From a virus (taxonomy: Duplodnaviria; Caudoviricetes), in the IMG/VR virus record IMGVR_UViG_3300029288_000067, positions 32,001-96,000 of that record: a stretch of DNA of 64,000 bases. One strand, written 5' to 3'. A model generated the notes under the pieces. It did no database searches and had not been told where the DNA came from. It saw only the letters and a list, made by a program, of their open reading frames with translations. Every line of letters starts with the position of its first letter. Positions within the stretch are counted from its first letter, which is position 1. Both the position numbers and the translations under genes were made by a program. Of the stretch, positions 30,626-42,166 are shown piece after piece.

Positions 30626-32053
30626 ATTTACTCCTTGCTGGGCAATGTTTTAAATTCTCGAAATGCCCGGGTATTCTTGAATAGTTTTTTCAATCTACTT
30701 TGATTCTCTACCAAGTAAGTCCAATTGTAGCTCTTATTTTCATGTTCCTTCACAGAGATCAAGAAAGGAGATTTAGCCGTATCCACAGCCACAACTTCAG
30801 CCAAACCCCCAATATCATCAGGAGTTCCCAAACTAGGAAAATAAGAGGAAGGAACATAGATATCTTCGCCCACCTCGGGAAGATTCACCATATTTGTGTA
30901 TAATTTGTTTTTCTTTTGTGGGTTTTCCAGAGACATCATATTGAGGTATTTTTTCAAAATGGCTCGAACATCTGAAATACCCTTGTCCTTTTTATCCCTG
31001 TTAATCAAATCTGATAAAAAGGGATATACATAGTCGAGTTCGCTGAAAGGTATCTTACAATTTCTCAAAGCAATTGAGAGTTTGTGTAAATCATCCGAAA
31101 AAAGAGCTTCTTCCTCGGTCAAAAGAATTCGCCCATCCAAAGACTTGTATGCAGTAATTTTTTCCATATTTTCCTTCTGAGTTAATCCAAAATAATTGAA
31201 AATTCATTTGCGAAATCTCGGGATATCTCCAAGCCCTCGAAACTAACGAGGAGACCCTTTTTATTCTTATTCTTTTCAAACAAGCCAAGAGCAACAACTT
31301 CCACGACAAGCATTCGGTAACAATGGCAACCCAGAGTTAACTGACTTGGTGTTTTTCCCGTGGATTGGATATACCAGTCAACAGAGTTATGGATTATATC
31401 ACAGATTTTCGTAGGATTTTCCATATGTTTCTCCCGGGTCACAACGTTTTCTTAACCAAGCCCTTCGTTTTTGCTTTCTGTGCTTCTACCTTTTTTACAT
31501 ACTTTGAAACAGCGGAAAAGAATTCATCAACCCTGTTAATGAAATCATCAATCTGTGTGGGGGTCATATCGTGAAGAATAATATCCGTCAACTCAATATG
31601 GAGTTCATTTCGAAAAACTAATCGGGCATCTGCTTCCCTACATTCTTTTTCGGTTTGATGATAAGACCCATCTTCGGACTGATATACAATTTTCATATTT
31701 TCCTCCTAGATATGTTTGTTTTCGAGGTGTCTTTTTGCTTCCGTATAAAGGACTTTTTCTACCCGGCGTTTATTTTTTTCCTTGAGAGACTCATACTTAA
31801 TAACCCGGATTTTTCCGAGAGAGGGATTCCGCAAAATATTGATGCCTGCAATTTCATAGTCTTCAATTGCGAGTCGGGGCATACCTCTCCGACCATCGTA
31901 ATCGGCCCCATAGTTGGACTCTTCATACAGGCTCAGAGTTACAACACCAGAAACAACAACAGCCTGACAGGAGTTTTCACAGAGAATATCTTCTACGGTC
32001 AAATCCACGTTCCGCATATTTGTATCTCCTGTATATTTGTTTCTTCAAGAGAT

Positions 32054-32082
32054 ATATTACCGCAAACAGCGTAAAACTTCAA
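32054..32082 (-). promoter_or_regulatory. repeated promoter
   Basis: TTGAAG-N17-TAATAT. Confidence 0.8.
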
Positions 32083-32265
32083 ATTCTTTCAAAAATAAAT
32101 TTTCCGGAACTATCAGTCACCCACTCCAAAACCTCTCCGGGGCAACAAAATGCTTGTGCTTGTTTTATTGCATTCTTGGGGGAAATGGCATGTAGTTTTA
32201 TTTTACGGGAATAGTCCTCGTGGGAATCTTTGATTTTTGCAAACCAAATCTGTATTTGTTCCATA

Positions 32266-32550
32266 TTACTTCTTCTTTTTTGGTTTTACAACATCTTCCT
32301 CTTCGGGGTCTTCATCCTCTCCCTCGGGCTCCATTTTAAACCCGATAGCTTCTGGAAGTTCTTCTTCTTCCCCCTGAGCTTGTTGCACTTGGGCATTGAA
32401 TGCTTCGATCCCTAATTCAATAAAGAAGCGGATTTGTTGGGAGACTGACCGCAATTCATTTTTTGCAGAACTTTTTAAGGCAAAATATAGTTCTTCGGGC
32501 AGAGTAATTTTAACACATTTGTTGTCGGATTTCTTTTTTCTACATGCCAT
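32266..32550 (-). CDS. Arc-like ribbon-helix-helix protein with acidic tail
   Basis: VKITLPEELYFALKSSAKNELRSVSQQI. Confidence 0.65.
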   Translation of the reverse strand: MACRKKKSDNKCVKITLPEELYFALKSSAKNELRSVSQQIRFFIELGIEAFNAQVQQAQGEEEELPEAIGFKMEPEGEDEDPEEEDVVKPKKKK

Positions 32551-32612
32551 AAAATATCCCGCCTTTCTATTTTTTCATCCTTGTTGAAAGTAACAGCAAG
32601 TTATCGTATACT

Positions 32613-33080
32613 GTGAAAATGAAAAAAAATCCTTGGAAAAATTTTCGAAGTCTGGTAGGAAGATTATTCCCTCAACTTTTGGATATTCAACGGGCTTGTA
32701 TTACTGCCTATCAAAGAGTTACCCGTGGGTGGGCAGATGAAGACGTGTGGAGCATCGATTATCATCTCTGTGAGGTTGTCCCAGAAATGTTGGAACAATT
32801 GAAAAAAGATAAAAATGGTGTTCCACAAAAATACATAATGAAAATTTACGAGGAAAGAGGATTGGATGTCCGAGATTCCTTTTGTGATATTCCCGAGGAG
32901 ATAATTGAAGAGGCAGATAAAAGATTCACGCAATCTATTGATAAAATGATTGCCGGGTTTAAAGCACACAAACAAATTTCAGACTGGGATTTTACGCCGG
33001 AAACTCACCTGGAATTAGATAGGATTTATCGAGAGGGTATGCAAAAATTTGTGGACGATTTCGAAAATCTTTGGTGGTGA
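32613..33080 (+). CDS. hypothetical protein, RGW..DVW...LWW family
   Basis: plus-strand ORF in a region with no minus-strand gene; apparent paralog of 14776-15129. Confidence 0.65.
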   Translation: MKMKKNPWKNFRSLVGRLFPQLLDIQRACITAYQRVTRGWADEDVWSIDYHLCEVVPEMLEQLKKDKNGVPQKYIMKIYEERGLDVRDSFCDIPEEIIEEADKRFTQSIDKMIAGFKAHKQISDWDFTPETHLELDRIYREGMQKFVDDFENLWW

Positions 33081-33418
33081 AAATGAAAAAATATATTGCA
33101 ATAATTGAATACGCACCCAATTGCTATCGGTGTGACCATACAGAATTTTTTACTTTGAAATTCTTCAACACATTAGAGGAAATGTTCACCTATATCCTCG
33201 CAGAAACAAACAATGGGTTCTTTATTAAAGAGTTGTGGGATGCAGAAGCAAATAAGCGAATTGAAAATATTTCTGTGAAGTATTTTCACTCTCATCATCA
33301 CATCGATCATATCATTGTTTTAGAAAACCACCCGGGGGAGCAGGTTAAATTATTTGAGTGTTTCCGGGATCCTTACAATCATTTAGTTTGGAAGATTTGT
33401 GGGAAACCGGAAGAATAG
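33071..33418 (+). CDS. hypothetical protein
   Basis: plus-strand ORF ending at bidirectional terminator; start probably MKKYIA. Confidence 0.55.
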   Translation: MVVKMKKYIAIIEYAPNCYRCDHTEFFTLKFFNTLEEMFTYILAETNNGFFIKELWDAEANKRIENISVKYFHSHHHIDHIIVLENHPGEQVKLFECFRDPYNHLVWKICGKPEE

Positions 33419-33443
33419 GGGAGGCTTTTACCCCTCCCCTATT
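33414..33443. terminator. terminator between convergent genes
   Basis: AATAGGGGAGG/CCTCCCCTATT inverted repeat. Confidence 0.7.
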
Positions 33444-33446
33444 GGA

Positions 33447-33905
33447 TTATTCTGCAATACCAATCTCTATGAAAACCTTTTCGGTCTTCAATGTCTTTTC
33501 CAACAAAGGGAAGACAATTTCATCAAAAGCCTTCTTGGATTCCCCCACAAAATCTGCACTTTTTGTCTTACCACAAATTAAACAACCAGAGGAATCCTTG
33601 TCTGTGTTTCCGGAATGGATCAAAATTCCATCATAAAAAGGGACATTCAACAGACGAGGCATTAACTTTCCATACTTCGGGGACTTATTAACAACTACTT
33701 CGTAAGTTCCATAAGGAATTGCAGTCTGCCCGTAGACCTTTGTTGCCTGTGTAAAGGGCTCCCCAAATTTTTGTCGGCATTTATCCTCAAGGATATAGCA
33801 CAATTCCTCATATTCAAAGTTATCTCCTCCAAGAGGAATTTCCTTGTACAACCGCCCAATGGTTGATTTTTCTGTGAATTCATAACGCTCTAAAAAAAGT
33901 TTCAT
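33447..33905 (-). CDS. DUF5675 family protein (possible cell-wall enzyme)
   Basis: STIGRL, LED, TAIPYGTY, P.L.NVP..DGILIHSGN..D..GCLICG. Confidence 0.85.
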   Translation of the reverse strand: MKLFLERYEFTEKSTIGRLYKEIPLGGDNFEYEELCYILEDKCRQKFGEPFTQATKVYGQTAIPYGTYEVVVNKSPKYGKLMPRLLNVPFYDGILIHSGNTDKDSSGCLICGKTKSADFVGESKKAFDEIVFPLLEKTLKTEKVFIEIGIAE

Positions 33906-33942
33906 CGTGAAACCCCCTTTATTACAGGGATTTCACGATGAA
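33901..33942 (-). promoter_or_regulatory. hairpin sequestering SD and ATG of DUF5675 gene
   Basis: 12-bp perfect stem TTCATCGTGAAA/TTTCACGATGAA extended by TCCC/GGGG. Confidence 0.65.
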
Positions 33943-36204
33943 GTTATTGGGATCTGTTAAAAAGGACCACACCTCTCCGAGGAAGTGTGTACAAATCCAC
34001 AGCCACAAGAGTATGGTCTTTCTTCCTGATCTTGTTTTTCCCAACTCTCAAAGAGGAGCAAACTTTTATCTCCAATTGTTCCAGATCTGGAAGAATCAAT
34101 AATTTTCATAAGAGCATAAACAATATCTTCCCGGGAATGACTACCATTTAAATTATCCACCAATCTTCTTACCCCGAGAACAATTTTTGAAGCATCCTTC
34201 AACATCTGCATTCCCTCAGAAACCGTGATTTGTTCCATTATTGTCCTCCCAGACTTTCAGACATAGTTGCAGCATTTTGCATCAACCAGTGAAATTCCAC
34301 TGTTCCGCTTGCATCTTTTACTGTCCATTTTGCAAGACCATCCCGGACAGCTTTAATTCGCATATTCTTTTCCACGTCCCGGACGATTTGCTGATATTGT
34401 GCATCTGTTTGATGACAACCAATAAGGGCACCCCCAAGAATACCCAAAAGGAACCCAATGATTAGCCCCGCAACAACGCCATCTTCCATATATTCTCCTA
34501 AATTTCTTCTTCGTTACTTCCAACAGATTCTTTCCAAACAAACGATGTTGGATGCCCATCAGAGGTTTGTGTGTAATCTTTTTTACGAGTATCAATCTCT
34601 CGGTCGCAATTGAGGCAAACAATAACCCCAGGATCATTTATCTTTTCAGCAAGTTCTCTGCTGTGGCACGATTTGCAAATCTTTACCTTCATCGGGAAAA
34701 AATGAAACATTATTTCTCTCCTACGTTTTCCAAGAGTTCTGCAACGGACCCAACTGGGGTAGAAACCCATGTAAAAGTAACTACAGAGCTTTTGGGGTTC
34801 TTCACAATATATTTTGCAAACCCTGCATCAATTGCAGATTGTTTCAAAGCTTGCAGGGAATTGTTGTAGTCTTGTTTCTGTTTTTCTAACCTACGCAATA
34901 GTTTATTCTCCCCGAGAAACAAACCAAAGATTAAACATAGGCCACATAAAGTGACACCAAGACAGACAAGCATAATTTTTTGTTTTACTTCCTCTTCTCG
35001 CCCTACATCATCCATTTTCATAATCCTTTCGCTTGCGTGTGTATTTCTTTTTGTCTTTCTTGGAATTCTTTTTATCGTAGATCTTATCCTCGTAAATACG
35101 ATCCTCGTGATAGCTCTTCGTTTCTTTCTTTTGCATATTGCCTCCGGTTAAGTCCACATGTATTTTCGAACATCCAGCAATGCCATCATATGTTTTTTGT
35201 CTTGATCATCAATGAATTTTTCTTGTCGGACAGAAAGGGCAACTAATTTTCTATCGCTTTTGGTGGTAAATGTCATAACCCTAAAATCAAAATTTTTAAC
35301 AGAGGCACTAACAGTTTTTTTGTAGTTCTTTACAAGAACAGGTCTTTCCTTTTTCCAATATGCGTATGCTTTTTTGAATGTGTCCGAGGCTTTTTTATGC
35401 CCTTCATCGGATTCCCAATTGATATAATTCCATGGCTTTTCTTTCTCCACAAAATCTACCAAAATCTGGAAGACGGAGTGCAGCATTACCTTGTAAGGGT
35501 TTTGGTAATCCGCTGAAAGAGATCGAAGTGTAAGAGTATATCGCTTACGATTTTTTCGGTAATTTTTTACCACAGTGTTCCCAGCATCCTTCTTCATTTT
35601 CTTCTCGATAGCCCCCGTTCCACAAACAGAAGCAGTCATTGCCCTTTTTCCAGGTCTCATCCCACCAACGACAATTTCCGCAACGTTTTTCCGGGGGTGG
35701 TTTCTTTTCCTCCGTGTGCCCATATCCGTAGTTGTCGTAAAAATCGGTCATATTTATCGAATTTTATCCAACATGCTTTCAAATTTCTGCAGTTCCACAA
35801 TTGCCTTGGAGATTTCATTTACCTTTGCTACAAGGTCCCCCTGTAGTTTCAAAAGATCCTTCTTGAATCCCGAAAAGGCAGTTTTGATTTCTTCTGCGGT
35901 AACCAACACCACGGTAGATTTTTCCTCGTGATACTGAATGACCTGCTGAGTACAAATCAATAGCCCCTTTTCCACCATTTTACGATTCACGAGATAATCC
36001 TTGAGATCCCGGGGGACTTCAATAACATCCACAAAAGGCTTTGCTTCCGGCAATCCCGAAATGCTCTTATATGTGTCAAACAGTGCCTTGAGGTTTGTTT
36101 CTCCCATAGGGGTATTTTTATCCCAATTTTCAGGAGTGATGAAAAGATAATTTCTGTAGTTCTTCATATTCTTATGTCCTTGTTTTTATTTACCGGCAAG
36201 ATAG

Positions 36205-36233
36205 ATATTACCCTAAGACCCTTACTTATTCAA
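36205..36233 (-). promoter_or_regulatory. repeated promoter
   Basis: TTGAAT-N17-TAATAT. Confidence 0.75.
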
Positions 36234-37223
36234 AAGAATGGAAAGAGGAACGTGATACATCTCTTTCACATAGAACTCCCGGGGGGATACAAAGTGCCCC
36301 ACAACAAGAGGAATGCAAATAGGGGAGTTGTTGGGGGTTGTGCCTTCAAAGTAATTGTAGAACAGGGAAGATACCACGAAGTACAACTCATCAGATCCAT
36401 TTTTAGCTGTGTGATAATTCACGCACAATGCTTTAAAGGTGTTTGTAAAAACTCTATCAAATTCCTGTGGTGTGAAGTAACAAAAAGTTGACTTCAAAGA
36501 AACCATGGGGTCCTTCAGTAGTTCTCGAATAGCATTATCATTTGCAAAACTTCCAAAGAATCCCCAGTAATCATGATTTTGATTTTTTACTTTTAAAATC
36601 CGTTCTCCCTCGGTCAGTTCCTTGTCGTCACTGTGAAGCAAAGTGGGCTTTTCTTCAAGGATTTCTTTTCTCTCTGGGATAACTACTTTTGGAGGCTCTT
36701 GTGTTTTTGGTGTTTCCCCAGCAGGGGGAGTTTTTGGGGCAGACATTTTTGTGCTCCCCAGATATTCCAACTCCTCCAAAGAATTGTCTACCTCCGAAAC
36801 AACTTCTACCATTTTTCGAACGGGGGGCTTAACGACAATATTTTGTGATGGGCTTGTGGATGTTTTTGTAAAAACCTCTTTTGATACTGGTTTTACTTCT
36901 ACCACAGGAGTTTTCGGGGGCGCGGGTGGGGATTGTACAACGGGGTTTTTCGGAAGATCCTCCATGAATTCTTCATCCATGTCCAGGTCCCCCAATTCCT
37001 CTGCTTCATCTGTTTCCCGTAGATCCCCCGGCTCTTTTTCTTTTGCTGCCATTTTCGGGAAACTCACCTTTGTGGAAAGGGGCATATTCACAACCTTCAT
37101 CGGCCCGCCCGTGGATTTTTTGTTCGAGGGCTCCGAGCGGCTTATCGGAGAAATTTGCTTGTTTGTGATAATTTTTGTAACAGGTTTAGAGTCCATATTT
37201 TCCTCAATTTTCAGTTTTTGCAA
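36222..37223 (-). CDS. hypothetical protein, Pro/Glu-rich low-complexity N-terminus
   Basis: 333-aa ORF; start probably MDSKPV. Confidence 0.6.
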   Translation of the reverse strand: MQKLKIEENMDSKPVTKIITNKQISPISRSEPSNKKSTGGPMKVVNMPLSTKVSFPKMAAKEKEPGDLRETDEAEELGDLDMDEEFMEDLPKNPVVQSPPAPPKTPVVEVKPVSKEVFTKTSTSPSQNIVVKPPVRKMVEVVSEVDNSLEELEYLGSTKMSAPKTPPAGETPKTQEPPKVVIPERKEILEEKPTLLHSDDKELTEGERILKVKNQNHDYWGFFGSFANDNAIRELLKDPMVSLKSTFCYFTPQEFDRVFTNTFKALCVNYHTAKNGSDELYFVVSSLFYNYFEGTTPNNSPICIPLVVGHFVSPREFYVKEMYHVPLSILLNK

Positions 37224-38259
37224 GGTACTCGGGACTTCGCTGCTTCAAGATGATTCGACCCAATTTTGTATCCCGAGGAAGTTCAATATACGGGCGAATA
37301 ACAATCCCTTCACGACGAAGGGCAGGATTCAACACAGATAATCCATTGCTTACTTCTGCAATGTTCCGACCTTTCAAATAATCTCGTAGTTTCCCAACAA
37401 ACAACACGGGAACTGTAAGAATACCGTATTCCTTCGTGATTTCTTCCTGCTTCGGATAATCAATGGGCTGTCCATTGAGCCAAACTTCAAAGGTATGAAT
37501 CTGTGCTTTCTTGAGTTTGTAATAATCCCCCTGTGCAGAAGAATGCCCAATCAATTCCCCACGGATCGTAGATGCTTCAACAGAGTAATCTGTAACAATC
37601 TTTTTGGCAATGACATCCAGCAATTGTTTCTTTGCGGTTTCATGGGTCACATTGAGGCAATTATTATCAATGAGAACAATTTCCCCGGAGCGTTGGCAAA
37701 AACGTGCTTCGGGCTCATCCTTCAAGTATGCAACAGATGAATTTCTGCCTTCCAACTTTTCTGTAACAACAACATCGAGATCCATCAAAATTGAAACAAT
37801 TTCGGGATTTCTCTCGCAACCTTCGATATCGTAGTAGGGAGAGACTTCTGGCAGTTTGTGCAAGTTATATCCCCCAGCATCAACAATCGGGGGATCGTAC
37901 TTTGTTACCCCGAGGAAAGCTGTGATTTCTTCCGTGGTGGGGTTTTCATTGTTGATCCCATCGAGGAGTGAAAGAGGAGCAACAATACCCTGAGAAATAA
38001 CCCCACGAAGACGAACAGTTTTTACCCTGTTTTTGTCGGAACCAGCAAGCTTGCCCACAAGATTCAATTTTTCCTGCAGAGGAAGGGGAAGCAAGGAATC
38101 AATGGGAATATACAAAACAGAATCCCCGGGCTGAAAAGTATCTTTCCCAATGACGAATGAGAAAGAGATACCTTCAAGAGAAGCCTTCACAATTTTATCG
38201 GCTTCCGGAATAGGATCCACGGTTCCAATCTTTTCTTTTGTTACACCAAAAAAAGCCAT
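37204..38259 (-). CDS. RNA ligase, DRB0094/Rnl5-like family
   Basis: N-terminal PIPEAD...YIPIDS...VRLRGVISQG, motif I TEKLEG, RGE, REGIV, LKQRSPEYL. Confidence 0.88.
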   Translation of the reverse strand: MAFFGVTKEKIGTVDPIPEADKIVKASLEGISFSFVIGKDTFQPGDSVLYIPIDSLLPLPLQEKLNLVGKLAGSDKNRVKTVRLRGVISQGIVAPLSLLDGINNENPTTEEITAFLGVTKYDPPIVDAGGYNLHKLPEVSPYYDIEGCERNPEIVSILMDLDVVVTEKLEGRNSSVAYLKDEPEARFCQRSGEIVLIDNNCLNVTHETAKKQLLDVIAKKIVTDYSVEASTIRGELIGHSSAQGDYYKLKKAQIHTFEVWLNGQPIDYPKQEEITKEYGILTVPVLFVGKLRDYLKGRNIAEVSNGLSVLNPALRREGIVIRPYIELPRDTKLGRIILKQRSPEYLAKTEN

Positions 38260-39319
38260 TTCGATATTCTCCTATATTTATTAGTAAGAACTAATATTTC
38301 CGCTTTGCAACTCAATGTACCAAGAGCCCCCGTCATGATCATGTTCGCTTATGTGCCTCTCAGCTTCACCATCGAACAACACCTTTATACGGTTTTCCAA
38401 ATAGTGAATAGATCCTCCAACATCATACCCCGAGGGGTTATCCCATGAATGTTGGTAAGCGAGATAATGAAATGGGATACCTACTCGAACAATTTCTTTT
38501 ACAGCGTTTTCGGATAAATCTTTTCTGTATTGAAGGACATTGTACAAACTTACCACAATGCTGTGTATTGTTTTTGAAAAGTCATTATCCCCGAAAACGA
38601 TTGCTATTGTTCGCATATTTAGCCCCATATTACAACATCTTTACCGTAAAAACAAGTCTTTTATTTCCGAAAAGGATTCGGGCGGCAGGCCAACAAACGT
38701 TTCTTTTCTTTTTTGTCCTCATTTGTGTTTGCAATATCGGTCAACTGTGCCAGATACTTCATGAGTCTTTTTCTTGCCTCGAAAATTTGATGTGCAGTGA
38801 ATCCCCTATATTTCTTGGCATACGCAACAAACGATGACATTGTTGAGATATCTGCATTATCGAATCCCTTTCCATCTGGGATAAGGCATCTACGTTCCTT
38901 CTTTTCTTCCTCTGTTTGTTGATTATACAACACAAGGATTGCCCGTTCAACCCAGTAATCGGACTTCAAGATATTTTCCCGGATTTCATCAATTGCCCAG
39001 ATTTTCATATCTGTTTCCTCAGAAGTAAAGAATAAAGACAGAAGACCAGAGCACAACAAAAGCAACAAATGCCTGCAGGAAATGAGTTGCAGTTGAATCC
39101 CCAATTTCCCCAATCAGATGGAGCATGGAATCTCTTACCTCGGTTGACATGTTCTCCCGGGCGCTTCGAATAGATAGTCCAAGGTAAGAGATCGTATTTA
39201 CAAGTATCTTCGCGAGAGGCAGGGGGAAGAAGATAACAGAAAGGAAAAGGGCAGTTTTTACAAGGTGTATTACTAGAGGTGTCATAGGTATTCTCCTGTA
39301 TTTTTATTTCATCCAAGAT

Positions 39320-39348
39320 ATATTACCGCAAGACCCTCAAAAATTCAA
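39320..39348 (-). promoter_or_regulatory. repeated promoter
   Basis: TTGAAT-N17-TAATAT. Confidence 0.75.
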
Positions 39349-39950
39349 ACAATTCCTTTATTTTTTGCATCCTGTAAAATCATTTTTGCCCGCCAACCGA
39401 TATCCGGATTGGACATAACATTCTCAAAGGTTGTCCAGATAGTATCCATGTTGGCTTCAAATAAATTTTCTGGATCTTTCTTCTCCGGGGGCATACGGTT
39501 GACATCAATCAAGAACCCATAGACTGTTTCATCTGTAGAAGTTCCCACTAAATATTCCCCCGTCTTTTTCAAACGATCTTTGTTTACTGTATATCCGGCC
39601 TCTTCTTTTACCTCTTCGATAACAATATCCTCTACGGACAATTCCGGCTTATCGAGGGACCCCGTGAAGGCATCAACAATAAATTTTTTGTAGGGAGAGG
39701 AATAAGATTTCAAGATCCCAAACTCATTGTTGTGGGAGGGATCATACAACACAAAAGCAACGGAGTTTTTTCCAAGTCTTTGTACATAATAAAACCACCC
39801 GTTTTCCTCGCTGCCATGCCGAAGAATTTCAAGGTATTTTTTCTTTTTCTTGAATGCCGGGGTTTTGTATATTGACTCTGTTTTGAAGGTCTGTATTAAT
39901 TTTTTGAATTCATCCGTTATTTTTGCCAGCTTGGAGTATCTTGAAATCAT
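39345..39950 (-). CDS. Nudix hydrolase with MISRYSKLA leader
   Basis: Nudix-box-like GSLDKPELSVEDIVIEEVKEEAGY. Confidence 0.8.
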   Translation of the reverse strand: MISRYSKLAKITDEFKKLIQTFKTESIYKTPAFKKKKKYLEILRHGSEENGWFYYVQRLGKNSVAFVLYDPSHNNEFGILKSYSSPYKKFIVDAFTGSLDKPELSVEDIVIEEVKEEAGYTVNKDRLKKTGEYLVGTSTDETVYGFLIDVNRMPPEKKDPENLFEANMDTIWTTFENVMSNPDIGWRAKMILQDAKNKGIV

Positions 39951-39959
39951 TGGAGATCC

Positions 39960-40250
39960 TTACAAAGGTGTTTCTTCAGGAGATTCTTGTTCGAAGTTTT
40001 CCTTGTGATAATTCAATTCCCCAATAGCATCTTCAATTGCAGATACAGCAGCATTCAGTTTATGTGCAACCTGTTTCAAATGCCAAGCATAGTGAGGAGC
40101 GGGTTTCTTTGCTCCCAATGTCAACAATTCATTTTGTAAGTCTTCTACCGGCTTCTTCAATGCTTCCAACTTTTGATTGTATGCAGCAAAAGCGGAATCC
40201 AATTGAGGGTCAACTCCCGCCAAATAACTGATTTGTTTCTTAATACTCAT
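39960..40250 (-). CDS. small coiled-coil protein with Ala-ending leader
   Basis: ORF with AGGAG SD. Confidence 0.6.
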   Translation of the reverse strand: MSIKKQISYLAGVDPQLDSAFAAYNQKLEALKKPVEDLQNELLTLGAKKPAPHYAWHLKQVAHKLNAAVSAIEDAIGELNYHKENFEQESPEETPL

Positions 40251-40268
40251 TTTAAAGCTCCTATGGAA

Positions 40269-40304
40269 AAGAGGTGATATACTTTGAAAAATATATCACC
40301 TCTT
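40269..40304 (-). terminator. 13-bp hairpin, probable terminator
   Basis: AAGAGGTGATATA/TATATCACCTCTT. Confidence 0.6.
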
Positions 40305-40741
40305 AAAAAGAATTTCATTTGTTAATTTTTTCCATTCCATACCCGGGTATACTCTGCCCTCAATCGTTCAAGATTTTCATGGGCATCTCGAAACATTTCC
40401 TCTTTCTCTTCCTGGGGGATATCAATGCCGGAAACTACAAAATCTTTCAATTTCTCCTCAGAAAATTTTCCGCATTGAACGAGTCGCAGAACTCCAATTA
40501 CTTTTTCAATAGATTCCCCACAAATATCTTTGTAAAGAATCCAAATGTTGGAGCCATAAAGTTCCATTGAATCCAGATGCAGAATAGCCCCCAGACCTAT
40601 GAAAGCACACATGGGATCAATCCGAGGCTCATCCCGAAACAACAGCATTAACACTGTAATAGCCCCAGGATTTCCTTCAGCCATCTTTGATAGCAATGTT
40701 ATAAGGTTATCTTTCATTTCCAGTTTTGGCATATCCTCTCC

Positions 40742-41656
40742 TTAAAATTCCACACCGGTTCCAACATCGATAACAACCAGACCGCTATCCCGCCACATTC
40801 GCACAACACTAGGTCGATCATCCACAACAAACACAATCCTCTTCGGATCGAGATATTTGTCGAGAATTTCTTTCTTCACAAAATGGTCGGGCCGGAAATC
40901 TCCGGAACCTCGCATCAAAAGCTCAAAATTTTCAAACCCTTGTTGTTTCAACCAATGTTCTGTTTCAAACCTCTGATCTTCGGAACGAGCAGAAACAAAC
41001 ACTACCTTCAAGCCGGTTTTGAGATGACCTTTGAGAAGTTCTTTCACATCTTCTCTTACAGGATCATTTGGGATACCCAAGAAAAATTGTTTCCAATTTT
41101 TAGGCTTTTCTGCAACAAAATGCTGCCGATGTGTGCAATCCGCAATTGTCCCGTCCAAATCACAAAGAAAGTATCTTTCGAGAGAGATCCTGTGATTCTT
41201 TGTTGAAATGTAGTCTTCTCTGTTTTTGAATTCAATACCATATCGCTCTGCCATCTGTAGGATTACAACAGAACCTACCCGGGGATGCCGATAATAATCC
41301 CGAAGAAGACACTCTCCTACAGGAGTATCCACGGCTTGTATCCGGGCAAAGGTATTCATTTTACCGGCAAACTGTTTCCAATCCAAAACAGTCTGGGTTT
41401 TGAGATTGGTATCATCAACGATTACCGATTTACCCATCTTCAAGGCTTCCTCGGCAATCAAGAATTCCGCTTGTGTTACCAGCTTTTCCAAAGCACGATC
41501 AAAACGACCGGTTCCTTTCACATTCCCATAAATCATTTCCCGGAGAGAATCCCGAGAAACAATAATGGAATTTTCATCGAGGAGCTTTTTTGCTTCGAAA
41601 GATTTCCCGCTCCCCGGCAATCCCTGCATCAAAACAATCGAAGGAAATTTATTCAT
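40742..41656 (-). CDS. pseT: polynucleotide 5'-kinase/3'-phosphatase (T4 PseT-like)
   Basis: GLPGSGKS, SRD.LR, DDTN; HAD DLDGT, SAR, DDR. Confidence 0.92.
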   Translation of the reverse strand: MNKFPSIVLMQGLPGSGKSFEAKKLLDENSIIVSRDSLREMIYGNVKGTGRFDRALEKLVTQAEFLIAEEALKMGKSVIVDDTNLKTQTVLDWKQFAGKMNTFARIQAVDTPVGECLLRDYYRHPRVGSVVILQMAERYGIEFKNREDYISTKNHRISLERYFLCDLDGTIADCTHRQHFVAEKPKNWKQFFLGIPNDPVREDVKELLKGHLKTGLKVVFVSARSEDQRFETEHWLKQQGFENFELLMRGSGDFRPDHFVKKEILDKYLDPKRIVFVVDDRPSVVRMWRDSGLVVIDVGTGVEF

Positions 41657-42137
41657 TTGCTTTCCCTTTCGGACATCCAGAATGAAAGAAGTTTCTCCGC
41701 GTCTTTCCGTTCAATTCCGAGACCATTAAGGGCAATTAAAGTTGCCAGCGGTGTTTCTTTTCCGGCCTGAAAAGCCATTCCAACTCTTGAAACCCCGGGG
41801 ATATTTTCAACTTTCAGAACAAGCTCTTTTGCAAGCCGATCCTTTTTTTCCTTAGCAGTTTCAAGACGAGAACTCCCAATAAAATTCTTAACCATCACCG
41901 GTTGATCCTTTTTCAATTTTGCAAGACTCTTTTCACCCCAGTACGTGGGGGGATTCCCATTACAAGAAGCCATTGCCCCCCGACGTTCCGGGAGAAGCTC
42001 AACAATTTTTACCGCATACACAATCACAGTTTTTACAAGGGTATTGCCCATACGGGTTTTAAAAGTCTGATACAGAACCATCCCATTTTGCAATTTTTCG
42101 TATTTCATATTTCCTCCGGTTTTTTCTCGATAGTGGT

Positions 42138-42166
42138 ATATTACCCGGAGCCCCCTATTTATTCAA
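42138..42166 (-). promoter_or_regulatory. repeated promoter
   Basis: TTGAAT-N17-TAATAT. Confidence 0.75.

Noticed and set aside
38627-38655. Additional promoter copy TTGTTT-N17-TAATAT
   Set aside because: Poor -35 match; not counted.
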